From Eledone cirrhosa (lineage: Eukaryota): 64,000 nucleotides of DNA. A program made the position numbers and the translations under genes. The notes under the pieces were generated by a model. It ran no database searches. It saw only the letters and a list, made by a program, of their open reading frames with translations, and was not told where the DNA came from. Below, piece by piece: positions 49,701 to 61,860 of this stretch; the first letter of the stretch is position 1; the number at the start of each line of letters is the position of its first letter. The stretch spans positions 54,064,001 to 54,128,000 of the forward strand of contig OZ024744.1 in NCBI GenBank assembly GCA_964016885.1. Reading direction: 5' to 3'.

Positions 49701-52208
49701 GTTCGGGAGCAGCGGCAGGCCGGATCGGGGTATGGACTTCAGTGCATGCCTCGACGGACTGCCTCGGCTCTTGACGACCGCAGCACAGTGTTGCGAAAAG
49801 CCAAAAACAGCCGGTGAAATACGGGAAGCGATGGCTAACTGAACAAGGGGTAAATCGCCAGGTTTGGATGGTCTACCCAACGAACTTTATGCATTTATGC
49901 CAGACTTGTTCGGTGACCTCTTGGCAGATGTTTACTGCAACTGGCAGCAGAATGGGAGCATTCCCAGTTTTGTGAGCCGGGGAGCAGTGGCGCTGTTGAG
50001 AAAAGACCCGAACAAGGGGGATGTTATCGATAATTTCAGGCCCATAACCCTGCTAAATGCAGAGTTCAAGAATTTGGCGAAGGTGTTAGCAACGAGGTTG
50101 TCGCTTGTCGTCAAGGGTCTGGTGGGAGAGGCGCAGACATGCGCCATTCAGGACAGATCCATACATGACAACCTTCACCTCATGCGATATCTCATAGAGA
50201 GGGTGGTTAAGGAACCTGGCACGGGTGGTGCCATGATCAACTTGGATCAATCCAAAGCATTCGATAGGGTCGATAATTGGTACCTGGCGGCGGTCCTCGA
50301 GGCAGCCGGTTTCGGGCCCGTTTTCAGGGGTTGGATCGCAGCGATGTACAGAGACATCTGCTCAGTTGTGAGGGTAAACGTTCACCTGTCGCAGCCGTTC
50401 AGCATCATGCGCTCAGTCCACCAGGGTTGTCCCCTCTCGGCCCTCTTGTACGTATTGGCTCTCGAGCCGTTACTGCACAAACTGGGGGCGATGAGGGGCG
50501 TCCCACGCGAACTAGGATGCGGGAAATCCGAGTCGGCCTACGCCGACGACGTCACCGTGGTAATGTCGAGCACCAGACACGTCCAGATGCTCGACACCGC
50601 TCTCAAGGAATACGAAGCGGTGACAGGAGCAAAGTTAAACCAGGAAAAGTCGGTGGGCTTGCAGCTCGGCACCTGGAGGGGCAAGTCCATGCCGTCCGAC
50701 AGCGTCGTGGGGCGTTGGACGGACGGACCAGTTAAATTGCTCGGGGTCTGGTTCGGACCGGACCTCCAGATGGAGAAAAACTGGAACGAGGTGACGAGCA
50801 GGGTGGCTTCCATCACCCAGAAATGGGCCGAGAGGAATCTGTCCCTGAAAGGCCGGGCGGAGGTGGCGAATGCGTACATCGCATCCGTCATCTGCTCCCG
50901 CCTCACTGTCATCCCTTGCTCCAGCCCAACTCTCACCAAAATGGAGCGCCTCCTCTTCCGCTTTTTGTGGAAGGGACGCGCTCCCATGGTCAGACGATCC
51001 ATCTGCTGTCAACGCCCGTTGCGTGGAGGACTGGGCATGCCATGGCTGATGATGCGCAAACATGCGCTGAGGCTGCGACATCTATGTGCTTCCTTGACGG
51101 TGAACAGGTGTGGTTGCCGTTCGCCAGGCACGTTTTCCCACAGCTCGTCTCCTTGACGGAGCTGCAGTCGTGGGTCAGAAAAACACCGAGAGTAGCGCTT
51201 GGAAACTGGAATGTCACCAGGCGCTCACTGCCCTCTGCCAGCTGGGCACCAGTATCGGTGGAACAGCCACCTCAGCGTTCTATAGAGGACTAGTGGAGGG
51301 GAAGAGCGACGACATTCTTGGAGAGATCCTGGGCGTCGAAAAAGATCAGCTATTTGCTCTCTTCCGGAGAACTTTCAGCCCAGGACCTATGGATAACTTC
51401 CAAAAATCCCTGGCCTGGTAGTGCTACCGGGGAGCACTGCCGGTTCGAGATAAGCTCTACAGGCACGGAAGTGCCGTCAGCCGAGCCTGTCCGAGATGCG
51501 CGCAGAGCGACGAAACCGTCGCGTACGCACTCGTTCAGTGCCCGAGCATTGCTGACTTGTGGAGCTATGTCGAACAGTTGCTGTCGCGTGTAGAACCGAT
51601 CCGGTTATCGACTGAGTCCATTGTGCAGATGGTCTCGCCGTCTTCCTTCGAGGAGGAAGGGCAGGCGGTTTTCATCTGCCTGGTGGCCATGGCGAAAGAG
51701 ATTATGTGGTGGACAAGCTTAAAAGGGTTAAAGACAGACACTTTCCTCTTCGGCGAATCCATAATTAACTTTTTCAAGTTTCACTTGAAAAGGAAAATCA
51801 GGGTGGAGATGCAAGTGCTGCCTTCTAGCATGTTTGTTGAAAGGTGGGTGAATGTAGCGAGAATGGTCCGAGTGAACGGGACCGCTCTGAATATACGTCT
51901 GTAGTTTGAGAAATGGAAATATTGAGCGAGGGTACTTGCCCTGGTGGTCAGGGTGGCCGTGGTCTTGTGTGTGGTTTTCGCCACGAGTAACCCTCGGAGG
52001 TTTCCACCCTATTGTGGAATTTTTCATTGTTTCAATTTTCATTTTTATTGTTTATATATATATATGTTTCTATGTCCTTTTTTTCTTTTCTTATATAAAT
52101 AATAAAAATATTTACACGCACAAAATCCACATCGTACCGTCCTGTACCGTCCTGTGCCGTCTGTAATGTTTTTCTTGATATCAGCCCTTGTGGGCAATAA
52201 AGAAATCG
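46795..52208 (+). mobile_element. Tx1-type element, 5'-truncated in ORF1, several stops and frameshifts, (ATT)n on both sides
   Basis: ORF1 CYLCGSKGHLRAFC. ORF2 ATG at 48486, with APE, RT YADD and end at 51904. Confidence 0.92.
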
Positions 52209-52219
52209 TTTTATTATTA

Positions 52220-55200
52220 TTATTATTATAGTTGCATTTATATTGCTTTATGTTCATACGAGTTATCACCAAGTCACAACCAGTGACCTCAAGAGACAAC
52301 AAGGTCCGCCATGTTCAAGAAAGAACATACATATTCACACATGTATCTTTAGTGTTTAGACTTGTGATGTACTTATATTGACAGAATCTTCCTTAGTATA
52401 TGGGCAGTTCCCATTAGTACTATCTTTTGTATTTCTCCTATACGCGGGTTTCCTGGGATTTGCGATATGTAATCATTAGACCCCTTAGGTATCATTCCCA
52501 GGGCGCCTACAACCACTGGTATTGTTTTAGTTCTCAATTTCCACATTTTTCCAATTTCTATCTCCAGGTCCTTATACTTGCTCAATTTTTCAAATGTTTT
52601 TATAGATACATTCTTGTCTATTGGAACAGACATATCAATTAGCAGGCATACCCTCTTTTTAAAGTCTTTCAATATTATATCAGGTCTGTTTGCATCTATT
52701 TTTCGGTCTGTTTGGATGCTAAAGTTCCACAAGATTGAGATGTGATCTTTTTCAAGTATGGGAGGTGGTTGATGCTCCCACCAATTCTTTTGATGGGGCA
52801 GGTCAAAATGCTTACACATTATCCAATGTATGTATTGTGCAGCTCTGTCATGCCTGTTTAGGTATTCGGTTGGAGCTATAGGACTGCACATTGAAATTAT
52901 ATGGTCAATGGTCTCTGGTTGTTTTTTGCATACACGGCATAATGGGCTGCACCCATTTTTTATTATGTTGGCTTGGTAATTTTTTGTTGGCAGACACTGA
53001 TCTTGTGCAGATATAATCAGTCCTTCAGTCTCCGATTTCAGTCCAGAGGATGCCAACCACTGATGGGTTAAAGTTTTGTCAAGATCAGGATTGTTAGCTC
53101 GCTCTGGGTATTTTCCATACAGAGGCTTTTCTTGCCATTTCTTAGCCAGTTTCTGTAGCAGTTCTTTCTTTGCAGTTACTTTTACCTGCTTTGCTTTTTC
53201 TGTGTTTTCCATTTCAGCAGTAAATGGGACTTCTGAAATTTGTAGTCCATTACTGTATCTTTGTGCATCTTTTGTAATGGAATATGATCTTTTGATGCTT
53301 TCGTGTTTCAAAACGAGTTTGATCATCCAATCATGTGATTCCCTTAGATATGTAGATAATCCAATTGTTGCAGTTTTCAACGCAATGTCTAACTGGATTA
53401 ACCCACGTCCTCCTTCTTTCCTAGGGAGATATATTCTATCTATATTTGCCTTAGGGTGATGCATTCTGTGTATGGTTAAGAATTTTCGAATTTTTGTATC
53501 GAGCCTACAGATCTCTGTGCTTGACCAGTTGATGACATTGTAACTGTAGGTTACTACTGGTATGACAAGCGTGTTTATGGCATCGATCCTATTCCTTGCA
53601 TTCAATTCCGTTCTTAAGATTGCTCTTACTCTGCGGTAACATTCCTTCCTTATCCTTTCCCTCATTGTCGAGTGCTTGATTCCGTCTCCTTCACAAACAC
53701 CTAGATATTTGTAAGTTTTTTCTTGATCAAGTTCTCTTATCACGTTCCCCCGATCAAGATTAATATCTGAAATCTTCAGCAGCTTTCCTCTGGTGAACGT
53801 TGCTTTGGCGCATTTATCTAGTCCAAACTCCATTTTAATGTCATCACTGAACTGCTTCACAGTGGATAATAGCCCTTGCAATTGTTCATCATTTTTTGCA
53901 AATAGTTTCAGGTCATCCATGTAGAACAGGTGATTAATGGTTTTGTCATAGACTTTATATCCATGTTTTGTTTCATTGAGCATTTTACTTAATGGTATAA
54001 GTGCGATGCAGAATAAAAGCGGTGATAAAGAGTCACCCTGAAAAATTCCACAATTAATATTAACTTCTCCAGCTTCCAGTGATTTTGTTTCACTATTCAA
54101 AAGGAGTGTCGTTTTCCATGTCTTCATACTGAATGACAAAAACCTCCTGACAACGGGGGATATTTTGAAAATCTCTAAACATTTTTCAATCCAACTGTGT
54201 GGCAAACTATCAAATGCTTTTTTATAATCTATCCAAGCAATCGATAGATTTTTGTGTCTATTATGACAATCTTCCAGTATCATTTTGTTAACCAGAAGCT
54301 GATCCTTACAGCCATATGAGCCTCGTTTACACCCTTTCTGCTCAATGGGAAATAGGTCATTTGTTATCAGGTGGTCATATGTGTATTCAGTTAGGACTGA
54401 TGTTAAAATTTTATACATTGTGGTCAAGCAAGTTATCGGTCTGTAATTTTGGGGATTGTTTATCTCATCATTCTTCGGAAGCAGGAATATAATGCCGTTA
54501 ACTAGCCATGAAGGTATCTTTTCTGGCTCCTTAACTATTTCATTGTAAAGTTGGGCTAACAGCACATGAGACTGTGTGAAGGCATTTATCCAAAAGTTTT
54601 GTATTTTGTCTTTTCCTGGGGATTTCCATTTGCTGGTTTTTCTTAGAGCCAAGCGCAACTATTCAACTGTTATATTTTCCCATGTTTGTTCCTCAAGGTG
54701 AGCTGTATCTTTCATTTGTCTGTCTATCCATGGGGCATGTATGTTATGAACTTTTTCTTCGGCCCAGATCTTTTCCCAGAATTCTTGCACTTCCTCCTTG
54801 GGTGGTATTGATTTAGCAGTTATTGTTGACTTACCAATTTTTCTGTAGAAGTTTCTTTGGTTGTTTTTGAACATATTATTGTCCTTATAGAATCTAGATC
54901 GTTTTTCAAAGCGCCTTATACGACCAGCTTTGGCCGACACTTTTTGCTTGATTATTTCTATCAGCATGTCTATGTCACATGTTGATTTTATACTGTACTT
55001 TTTTTTCAATTTTCTAAGTTTAGTTTGTTTAACATGTTCACCTACTTTATAGTTTGTTAAAATTTCTATGTCAGATCGGAGAAGGTTTATTTGGCGATTG
55101 ATGTTCTCTTGCCAAGTAGATTTCTTGTGGGAATTCCTTTGTTTTTTCATCTTCACTCCACATAAGTGAGTGGTGACTTTAGCCGATGCATAATAGAGAT

Positions 55201-56200
55201 GATTTAAATCAGTAATGTTTAGTTTGTTTGTGATGATAATGTTTTTGAGAATTATGTTAGTCTTGTGTATTATCTTTTGGTTCTGTTTGGAGTTCTGGAT
55301 CTTAGGGAGGGTGTCTGGTTGTCCCATGTCAGATTCTTTCATTTTCATCCATTCGATCATAATTTCATCCTTCAAGTTGGCAAGTTCATTCTCATTCATT
55401 TCTTTATCATTTACGATCTCATTATTTTCATTTGGAGTTTCATCCTGAGCATGCACTCCCTCCACTTTTTCGATCCTTTCTTTAATTTGTTCTGTTGCCA
55501 GTGATTCCGCCCCAACCCTGGGATTCGAAGTGTTACAGTTTACCTCGTTTTCACTGACACATGTTTCATTTTCCCTTCGCTGACTTTGTGCTAATAGCTT
55601 GATCTGATTAATTTCTATATCAGTTAGTAACTTTTTTCTTACAATATTTCTTCGTATATTGGCTAGTTTGTTACTGTCAATATAGCCTCTGTTTTCGGGA
55701 TGTTTCTTTTTCCAGTTGATATATGTCTGTTCTGTATTCGATGTATTTGATGGGTCGTACATGGCAGTGTAGAAAGCCTCAAGGACTTCTTTATTATCTT
55801 CCCTTGACCATTTTTTTCTCTTTTTCTTTGGATTTCTTGGTGGTGAGCATGGAGGGCCAACAGTAGGAGTATTCCGGTTATGGGAGGTCTCCAGCTCCGA
55901 AGTGATGGGAAGGTTTGAACCATTAGCTGATTTTTCGACCCCAGTCTGGTTCCTCTCTGAGGGACGCGGCCCTTTTTTACCCGGGTGACGGCCGATCCGG
56001 TATGAGATTTTATCATTAGACATTTACTTTATTTTGTCGCGTTTTATCCTTATCCGCCAAGGGGTAATCATTTCGTGTTACCACTTCTAGAACGAGTGTC
56101 AACCAAGACTAGAGGGGTTGTTCTCCCTTAGAGACACGGCTATTCCCCGCCGGCCGCCATCCCGGTATTTCTTGGTCACGGGGTTTTCTTTTTGTTGTTT
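52220..56200 (-). mobile_element. Near full-length R4/Dong-like retrotransposon with (TAA)n at its 3' end
   Basis: Single frame 56023-52373 broken by one TAG. Contains Myb-like WSREDNKEVLEAFY, RT (YRPITCL, DYKKAFDS, GIFQGDSLSP, YMDD), CCHC and REL (RHD, PDII, D, KY). Confidence 0.93.
52373..56023 (-). pseudogene. Dong RT-REL ORF (~1216 codons) with one in-frame nonsense codon at 54659-54661
   Basis: Adjacent same-frame ORFs of 454 aa and 761 aa. Confidence 0.88.
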
Positions 56201-57412
56201 TTTTAAATTGTTATTATCATGAGTGGTTCCTTAATGTGAGCATTGCGTGGCTTAAGAATGAAATTATTAATAATTGTCTCCACTCCAGGCACAAGGCCAG
56301 CAATCACCCAGTGCATTACAATAATATAATATACTTTTTGTTGTAGTTGGCTGTTATTGTTGTTGGCTATGTCGGTGGTGGTGCCGGGGCTTTTTATATT
56401 GTTGGTGAGGAAGGGGTGAGCCAGCAGTCCCATAGTTGTTGATGTTGACGTTTGGCCGTGGCCAGGTCACTAAGTCAATCTATTTATATCTTTTGCTAGC
56501 CTCTCCCTTGTCTAGTGATACCGCCACCTTCCCCTTTCTCTCTCAAGTTAACAGGGGAATAGTGGTGGTAGCATTGAAGGAGTGGTGGCGGCGACGATGG
56601 CATAGTGGTAGCAATGATGGATGGGGTGGGGTGGTGGCAGCGGTGGGGGTGGGGTGGTGGCAGCGGTGGCGTTGTTGTTACTGAGATGTAGTATCTATGA
56701 GTTTGTGTTCGTATGTTTAATATATATTTTTATTATATTTTGTGTTGACATATTCCCGTAAAATTGGAATTAAACATTTTTTTTTTTAATTTGAGACAAT
56801 AATAATAGTAATTTTATAATAGTAATTCTATAATGTGGTGGCAGCAGCCAGCGAGGGGATGTGAGAGACAGTAGCGGCGGTATCGATACTGAGACAGTGG
56901 TGGTGGTGATGTCGATACCGAGGCAGTGGTGGTGGTGATGTGATCGTATTACTGTAGTGATGGTGTTGTAGCGGTGGTAGCAATGAAGGAGTGGTGGCGG
57001 CGGTGATGGGAGAGTGGTGGTAATGATGGCAGTAGTGAGTGGTGGTGGTGAAATTGCCGTTATCTGGCTGTTGTGTTTAGTGTACACAGAGAGGTGATGG
57101 GGTAGGTGTTGTATCTAGTTTCTGGTGTTGTTTGGCTGTTCTATATAGCGTAGACAGAGGAGGGGGGTTCTTCTTCCATTTATAGCCATTGTCTTTTTTG
57201 AATATACAATGTACAATACAAAGTTGAATATTTGAATATTTGAGCCTTATAACAATATATTTTGGGTCCGAATTTTTGGGGGCTCAAGCCGGATGCTTTA
57301 CGTAGCATTTGTACTAAGATTTGTTATTTCACAAATTATTTAAATATGTTAAAAATTCAAAACTTACGGGAGCGATTTCATGACCTTCCGCCACCTCGTG
57401 CGTCTTCTTCCC

Positions 57413-57447
<35 letters not shown>

Positions 57448-57454
57448 GTTGTTA

Positions 57455-59572
57455 TTCCTTGAATCTCAGTCATTGATGTTGGTTAAATGGAAAGTCCGTT
57501 GGAATGAATATCAAGCCACTACCTGCAGCCTCAGATATTCAGGACGTATCGGAGGGTTCTTGCTGTTCCAAGCAAGGATGCCTTTTGAAGCGTTCCAAAA
57601 AGCGTGAAGGGGCCGATTTTCTTTAACCATCCCTGGAAACTTTTGGAGATAGTCGCCAGTGCGCCTATGACAATCGGGATCACTTTGACTTCATGGCAGT
57701 TCCAAATCCTTTTCACCTCCCACTTTAGGTCCTGGTATCGGTTAATTTTCTCCCTCTCCTTCTCTTGCACTCTCGTGTCGAAAGGGCAGGCCACATCCAC
57801 AATCAGACACGATCTTTTTTCTTTGTCCACAACCACCAGGTCAGGTCTATTGTGTTCCAGTTTCTTGTCCGTCTGTATCCTAAAATCCCACAGCACCTTC
57901 ACCTGATTGTTCTCCATCACCGCCTCTGGCCTATGCTCATACCATTTCTCAGAATGTGGTAAATTGTTTACTTTGCACAGGTGCCAGTGGATCACCCTGC
58001 CCATCACATCGTGTCTCCAGCCCTTATAGTGGGTCTGGGCTAGGTGTTTACACTCGGACACAATGTGAGCCACAGTCTCCTCTCTCTCTCCACAGATCCT
58101 GCACAGTGGGCTAGCCTCCTCCTTGTAAATATGGTGCTTCAACCACTTCGTTTTGAGGGCCTGCTCCTGCGCAGCCATTAGCATTCCTTCTGTAGCCTTT
58201 TTGAGGTCTCCTCTTCTCAACCAGTTCCATGTCTGTGGATCTCTAAATTCAGTTTTCTCAAAGAAGGTACTATGAAGGGATTTTCCCTTAAGGCTGCTCT
58301 TCCTCCTTGATGTTATTTCCTCCTTGGACATCACCTGGCCTACTGTCCCCTCCTTCAGTACAGTTCTGAGCATTGGCTCCTTACTATAGGTCACGTATTT
58401 GTATAGGTTGTTTTTCTCCATCTGAACACAGTCCTCTATGCTGATAAGACCTCTTCCACCCTCAGATCTCCTTAGGTAGAGTCTATCGACATCACTCCTC
58501 TTGTGGAACATGTTGTAGATAGTCAATAGCTTCCTAGTCTTCCTATCCATTTCTTTTTGTTCAGCAACATTCCATCTCAGAATTCCCGCACTGTACCTAA
58601 TAATAGACACAGCTCGGGAATTTACTGCGCTTATGGCATTTCTGCTGTTCAGATGTGACTTCAATACGCTCCTTACTCTCCGAATGTATTCAGTTCTTAA
58701 CAATTCCTTCATTTTTTTGTTCTTTATGCCATCAGCCTCCAGAACGCCCAAATACTTGTATCCTTCCTCAGAGTCAATTTCCTTTATCATCTCACCTGTT
58801 GGTATCTGGATCCCGTTACTTCTGCTCAACATACCCCTCCTCATCACAATGACTCCACATTTACTAATACCAAACTGCATACATATATCACTGCTGAAAA
58901 TACGGACAGTGTCAACAAGCACATGCAATTCCTTCTCACTCTTCCCGAAGAGCTTAAGATCGTCCATGAAGAGGAGGTGATTGATGGTAAGCTCTCCCTT
59001 TCCCAACTTGTATCCTGCTCTCACTTTTCGCAGCATAATGGTCAAGGGCATCAGGGCAAGGACAAACAACAGAGGGGACAGGCTATCTCCCTGGAAGATA
59101 CCTCTCTTGATCTTCACACTTCCCAAGGATACTCCAGTTGATGTCAACTCTGTCTCCCAGGACCCCATACTCCTGCCCAGCAACTGTCTGATGTTATCTG
59201 CCACCCTGAAGATCTCCAGGCTTTTGGTGATCCAAGAATGAGGCACCATGTCAAATGCCTTTCTGTAGTCTATCCATCCCATGGCAAGATCAGTGTGTCT
59301 CCTCCTTCAATTCTCCATTACCATCTTATCAATAGGTAACTGGTCCTTTGTACCACGTGACTTCTTTCGGCATCCTTTCTGTTCGTCCGGTAACAAGTTG
59401 TTTGTGTGGAGGTGATGGTAGATTTCCTCAGACACAATGCTCGTCAACAGTTTCCAGATTACGGACAGACATCTGATAGGTCTATAGTTGGTAACATCGT
59501 TACCCTTGATTCGGTCTTTCATTATCAGAACTGTGGTATCTTTTGTCAACCACTCTGGCACCTCACCCGACA
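57455..59572 (-). mobile_element. 5'-truncated R4/Dong-like element with (ATT)n on both sides
   Basis: ORFs 59307-59576 and 57531-59282 (one frameshift) carry FMDD, CRIC..HIVSEC, RHD and RPDLVV. Flanking tracts at 57413-57455 and 59575-59610. Confidence 0.92.
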
Positions 59573-59573
59573 C

Positions 59574-59610
<37 letters not shown>

Positions 59611-59816
59611 GGCGACCTACGTAGTAAATCGTATCATCGTGAGCTCCGCAAAGGTTTGTTATTTCCGTTTGTTAAAAATTGCCATTTATGGAAAATTTTA
59701 TTGTTAACTGTTTATAAGCACACATACATTGTTTTCCGAAAAGGACACCCAAAAAGATTGGGGCCTTGTGCCCAAAATTTTAACTTTTATTATTATCCAA
59801 AAATTTCTTTGAAAAA

Positions 59817-61826
59817 ATGGCTAATTCCCCTCTGCACGAAGCAGCTGAAAGCCTTCCTCACAAAATAACACCTCACACCGACACCACCATTGTAAATGTT
59901 ACTACGTTTGCCAACACAAAAAAAAATATAAGCAGTAGCAATATTTTAAATTTGTCTCAGGCAGACATTCATTTCCCGCCATTACCAATGACTGCAGGTG
60001 TTAAAGCCTCCACCACCACCACCACCGCGACAACCACCACCCCCACCACCACCCCCACCACCACCGCGACAACAGAAACAAAAGAAGAAAAAAATAAATT
60101 AACTCGTGATGTCGAAATGAAATCAAGTAAAATGGACTCTTCTGCACCAAAGACGAATGACGTCACCACCACCACAACTGAAACAAAAATTAAGATTAAC
60201 ACAAATAACGATAGCAACAACAAGAACAATGACATTATAAAACCGACCCTCAGTTTCGCCATCGTAGCAAAACAATTCGAAGCGTTCACGGTAACTCAAG
60301 AAGATTTAGAAAATGCCAAACAAATGGTAAAGAAAGATGGGTACAGGGTCAGCCTCACCCCCCCCCCACCTAATAAAATGGAGCATCGGCGCCTGTGCAC
60401 CGTGTCGTATAGAACAATAAATGTAAAATCGCGCCGAGTGGAACGGGCATCCGAGTCCCAAATCCAAAAAGCTTTGGGACATGTGTGGGCAAGAAAAACC
60501 CACATCAGACGTGGGCAAAAGTATGGAACCGTGGATGTGTTCTTTGAAACACCAGAGGAGGCTAGAGAACACTCCATGGCCCCATTAAAAAGTGACGACC
60601 TCACACTCGTCCCAAGCTATTGTGGCCAGAGACTCGTAAAGAACAGGGTGACCCACGTTCCACCGGCCATCGAAATTCCCTGGCTAATAGCGGCTGTCCT
60701 CGCCGGCATCGAAGCCAACACGAAAATAATAGCAGTAGCAAAAGAAAAGCAGGAAAACTGGTCCGGATCTGGGATGGAGCTCCTGATCCAAGCGGACCAA
60801 AAAAGCATTGAGGAGATCCCAGCGGTAATAGACCTCACTGACGGCAGCCACCTCACGGTAATTGTCGAGGGCAGAAGACTTAGGTGTGTCGTTTGTGGTG
60901 AAGGAACCCACCTAAGGGCTTTCTGCCCTCAGGCTAAAAGGTTGAGGCCACCTCTCCTACCCACCCCAGTGACACAACCATCAACACCACCAGTAGCAGA
61001 AATGGCAGCAACAACTGTAGCAGCAACAACAGAAGCAACTATAACAGCAACAACCCCAGCAACAGTAGCAAAACCAACACCACTACCACCACCAGCAAAA
61101 CCAACACCACCACCACCCAACGCTTCAGAACTAGCACCAGCGCCTACACCATCCACCACACCACAACCAAAACTAACGGCTGTGGAGGATTTTCCACTCC
61201 CCGGCCTATCACAACTGGAGACAGATTGTGACGACGAGGAGTGGGAAACGATATCCGAAAAAAAAAAAAGAAACCAAAAAAGAAAAAATTCTCTTCCTTC
61301 CCCCTCCAAAAACAAAATACAGAGGGAAACAAATAAACTAAGAAACAAAAAAGTTAGGACAGATATGCCACCATCCACACCAGCATCACCAACCCCATCA
61401 ACCCAAACACCAAACCCATCACCATCATTATCCCAAGCACCACCATCACCTACACCACAAAAGTCACCAAAAAGCGAAACAGAAACAAACCCACAACAAA
61501 CGCAAACAAAACAAAACAACCAAAACGATACACACTACACAGCATTAAATTTGAACAACAAGCAATTATTACACTACATCCAACACAACACCAGCATCAC
61601 AGAAAAAGACTACACAACAACCCCAAAATTCACACCACCTCCACACATACAAATCACTCGCATCACACAGAAAACGTACATGACACTAAAACAAAAATTC
61701 CCCAAAGACATCGGAGACTTCCGACAAGCACTCTCCAGGAGGATTTATAAGGACATCCTTCCTGAGGAGGCCACAAGCAGTGAAAAGGATGGAAAAGCCG
61801 TCCTTCCCCTACGAGAAGTAAGGTAA
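59817..61826 (+). CDS. Tx1 ORF1p, 669 aa nucleic-acid-binding protein with CCHC knuckle
   Basis: CVVCGEGTHLRAFC, with Thr/Pro-rich and basic low-complexity regions. Homologous to the other two ORF1 copies. Confidence 0.88.
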   Translation: MANSPLHEAAESLPHKITPHTDTTIVNVTTFANTKKNISSSNILNLSQADIHFPPLPMTAGVKASTTTTTATTTTPTTTPTTTATTETKEEKNKLTRDVEMKSSKMDSSAPKTNDVTTTTTETKIKINTNNDSNNKNNDIIKPTLSFAIVAKQFEAFTVTQEDLENAKQMVKKDGYRVSLTPPPPNKMEHRRLCTVSYRTINVKSRRVERASESQIQKALGHVWARKTHIRRGQKYGTVDVFFETPEEAREHSMAPLKSDDLTLVPSYCGQRLVKNRVTHVPPAIEIPWLIAAVLAGIEANTKIIAVAKEKQENWSGSGMELLIQADQKSIEEIPAVIDLTDGSHLTVIVEGRRLRCVVCGEGTHLRAFCPQAKRLRPPLLPTPVTQPSTPPVAEMAATTVAATTEATITATTPATVAKPTPLPPPAKPTPPPPNASELAPAPTPSTTPQPKLTAVEDFPLPGLSQLETDCDDEEWETISEKKKRNQKRKNSLPSPSKNKIQRETNKLRNKKVRTDMPPSTPASPTPSTQTPNPSPSLSQAPPSPTPQKSPKSETETNPQQTQTKQNNQNDTHYTALNLNNKQLLHYIQHNTSITEKDYTTTPKFTPPPHIQITRITQKTYMTLKQKFPKDIGDFRQALSRRIYKDILPEEATSSEKDGKAVLPLREVR

Positions 61827-61860
61827 GTGGTCTTTCCCATCTTTTCCACTCCTTTTCAAC

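Noticed and set aside
54659-54661. Programmed readthrough between two Dong ORFs
   Set aside because: R4/Dong elements have one ORF. TVE-TAG-LR is most simply a GAG-to-TAG mutation, and there is no readthrough context.
56085-56180. HDV-like ribozyme in the Dong 5' UTR (GACCAAGA/UCUUGGUU helix with a G-U first pair)
   Set aside because: A P1-like helix is present, but P3/L3, P1.1 and the J4/2 catalytic C could not be assigned convincingly.
61754-61791. CUGAGGA...GAAA with a 7-bp stem III near the ORF1 end
   Set aside because: There is no stem I and no proper stem II. It lies in coding sequence and is not seen in the other copies.
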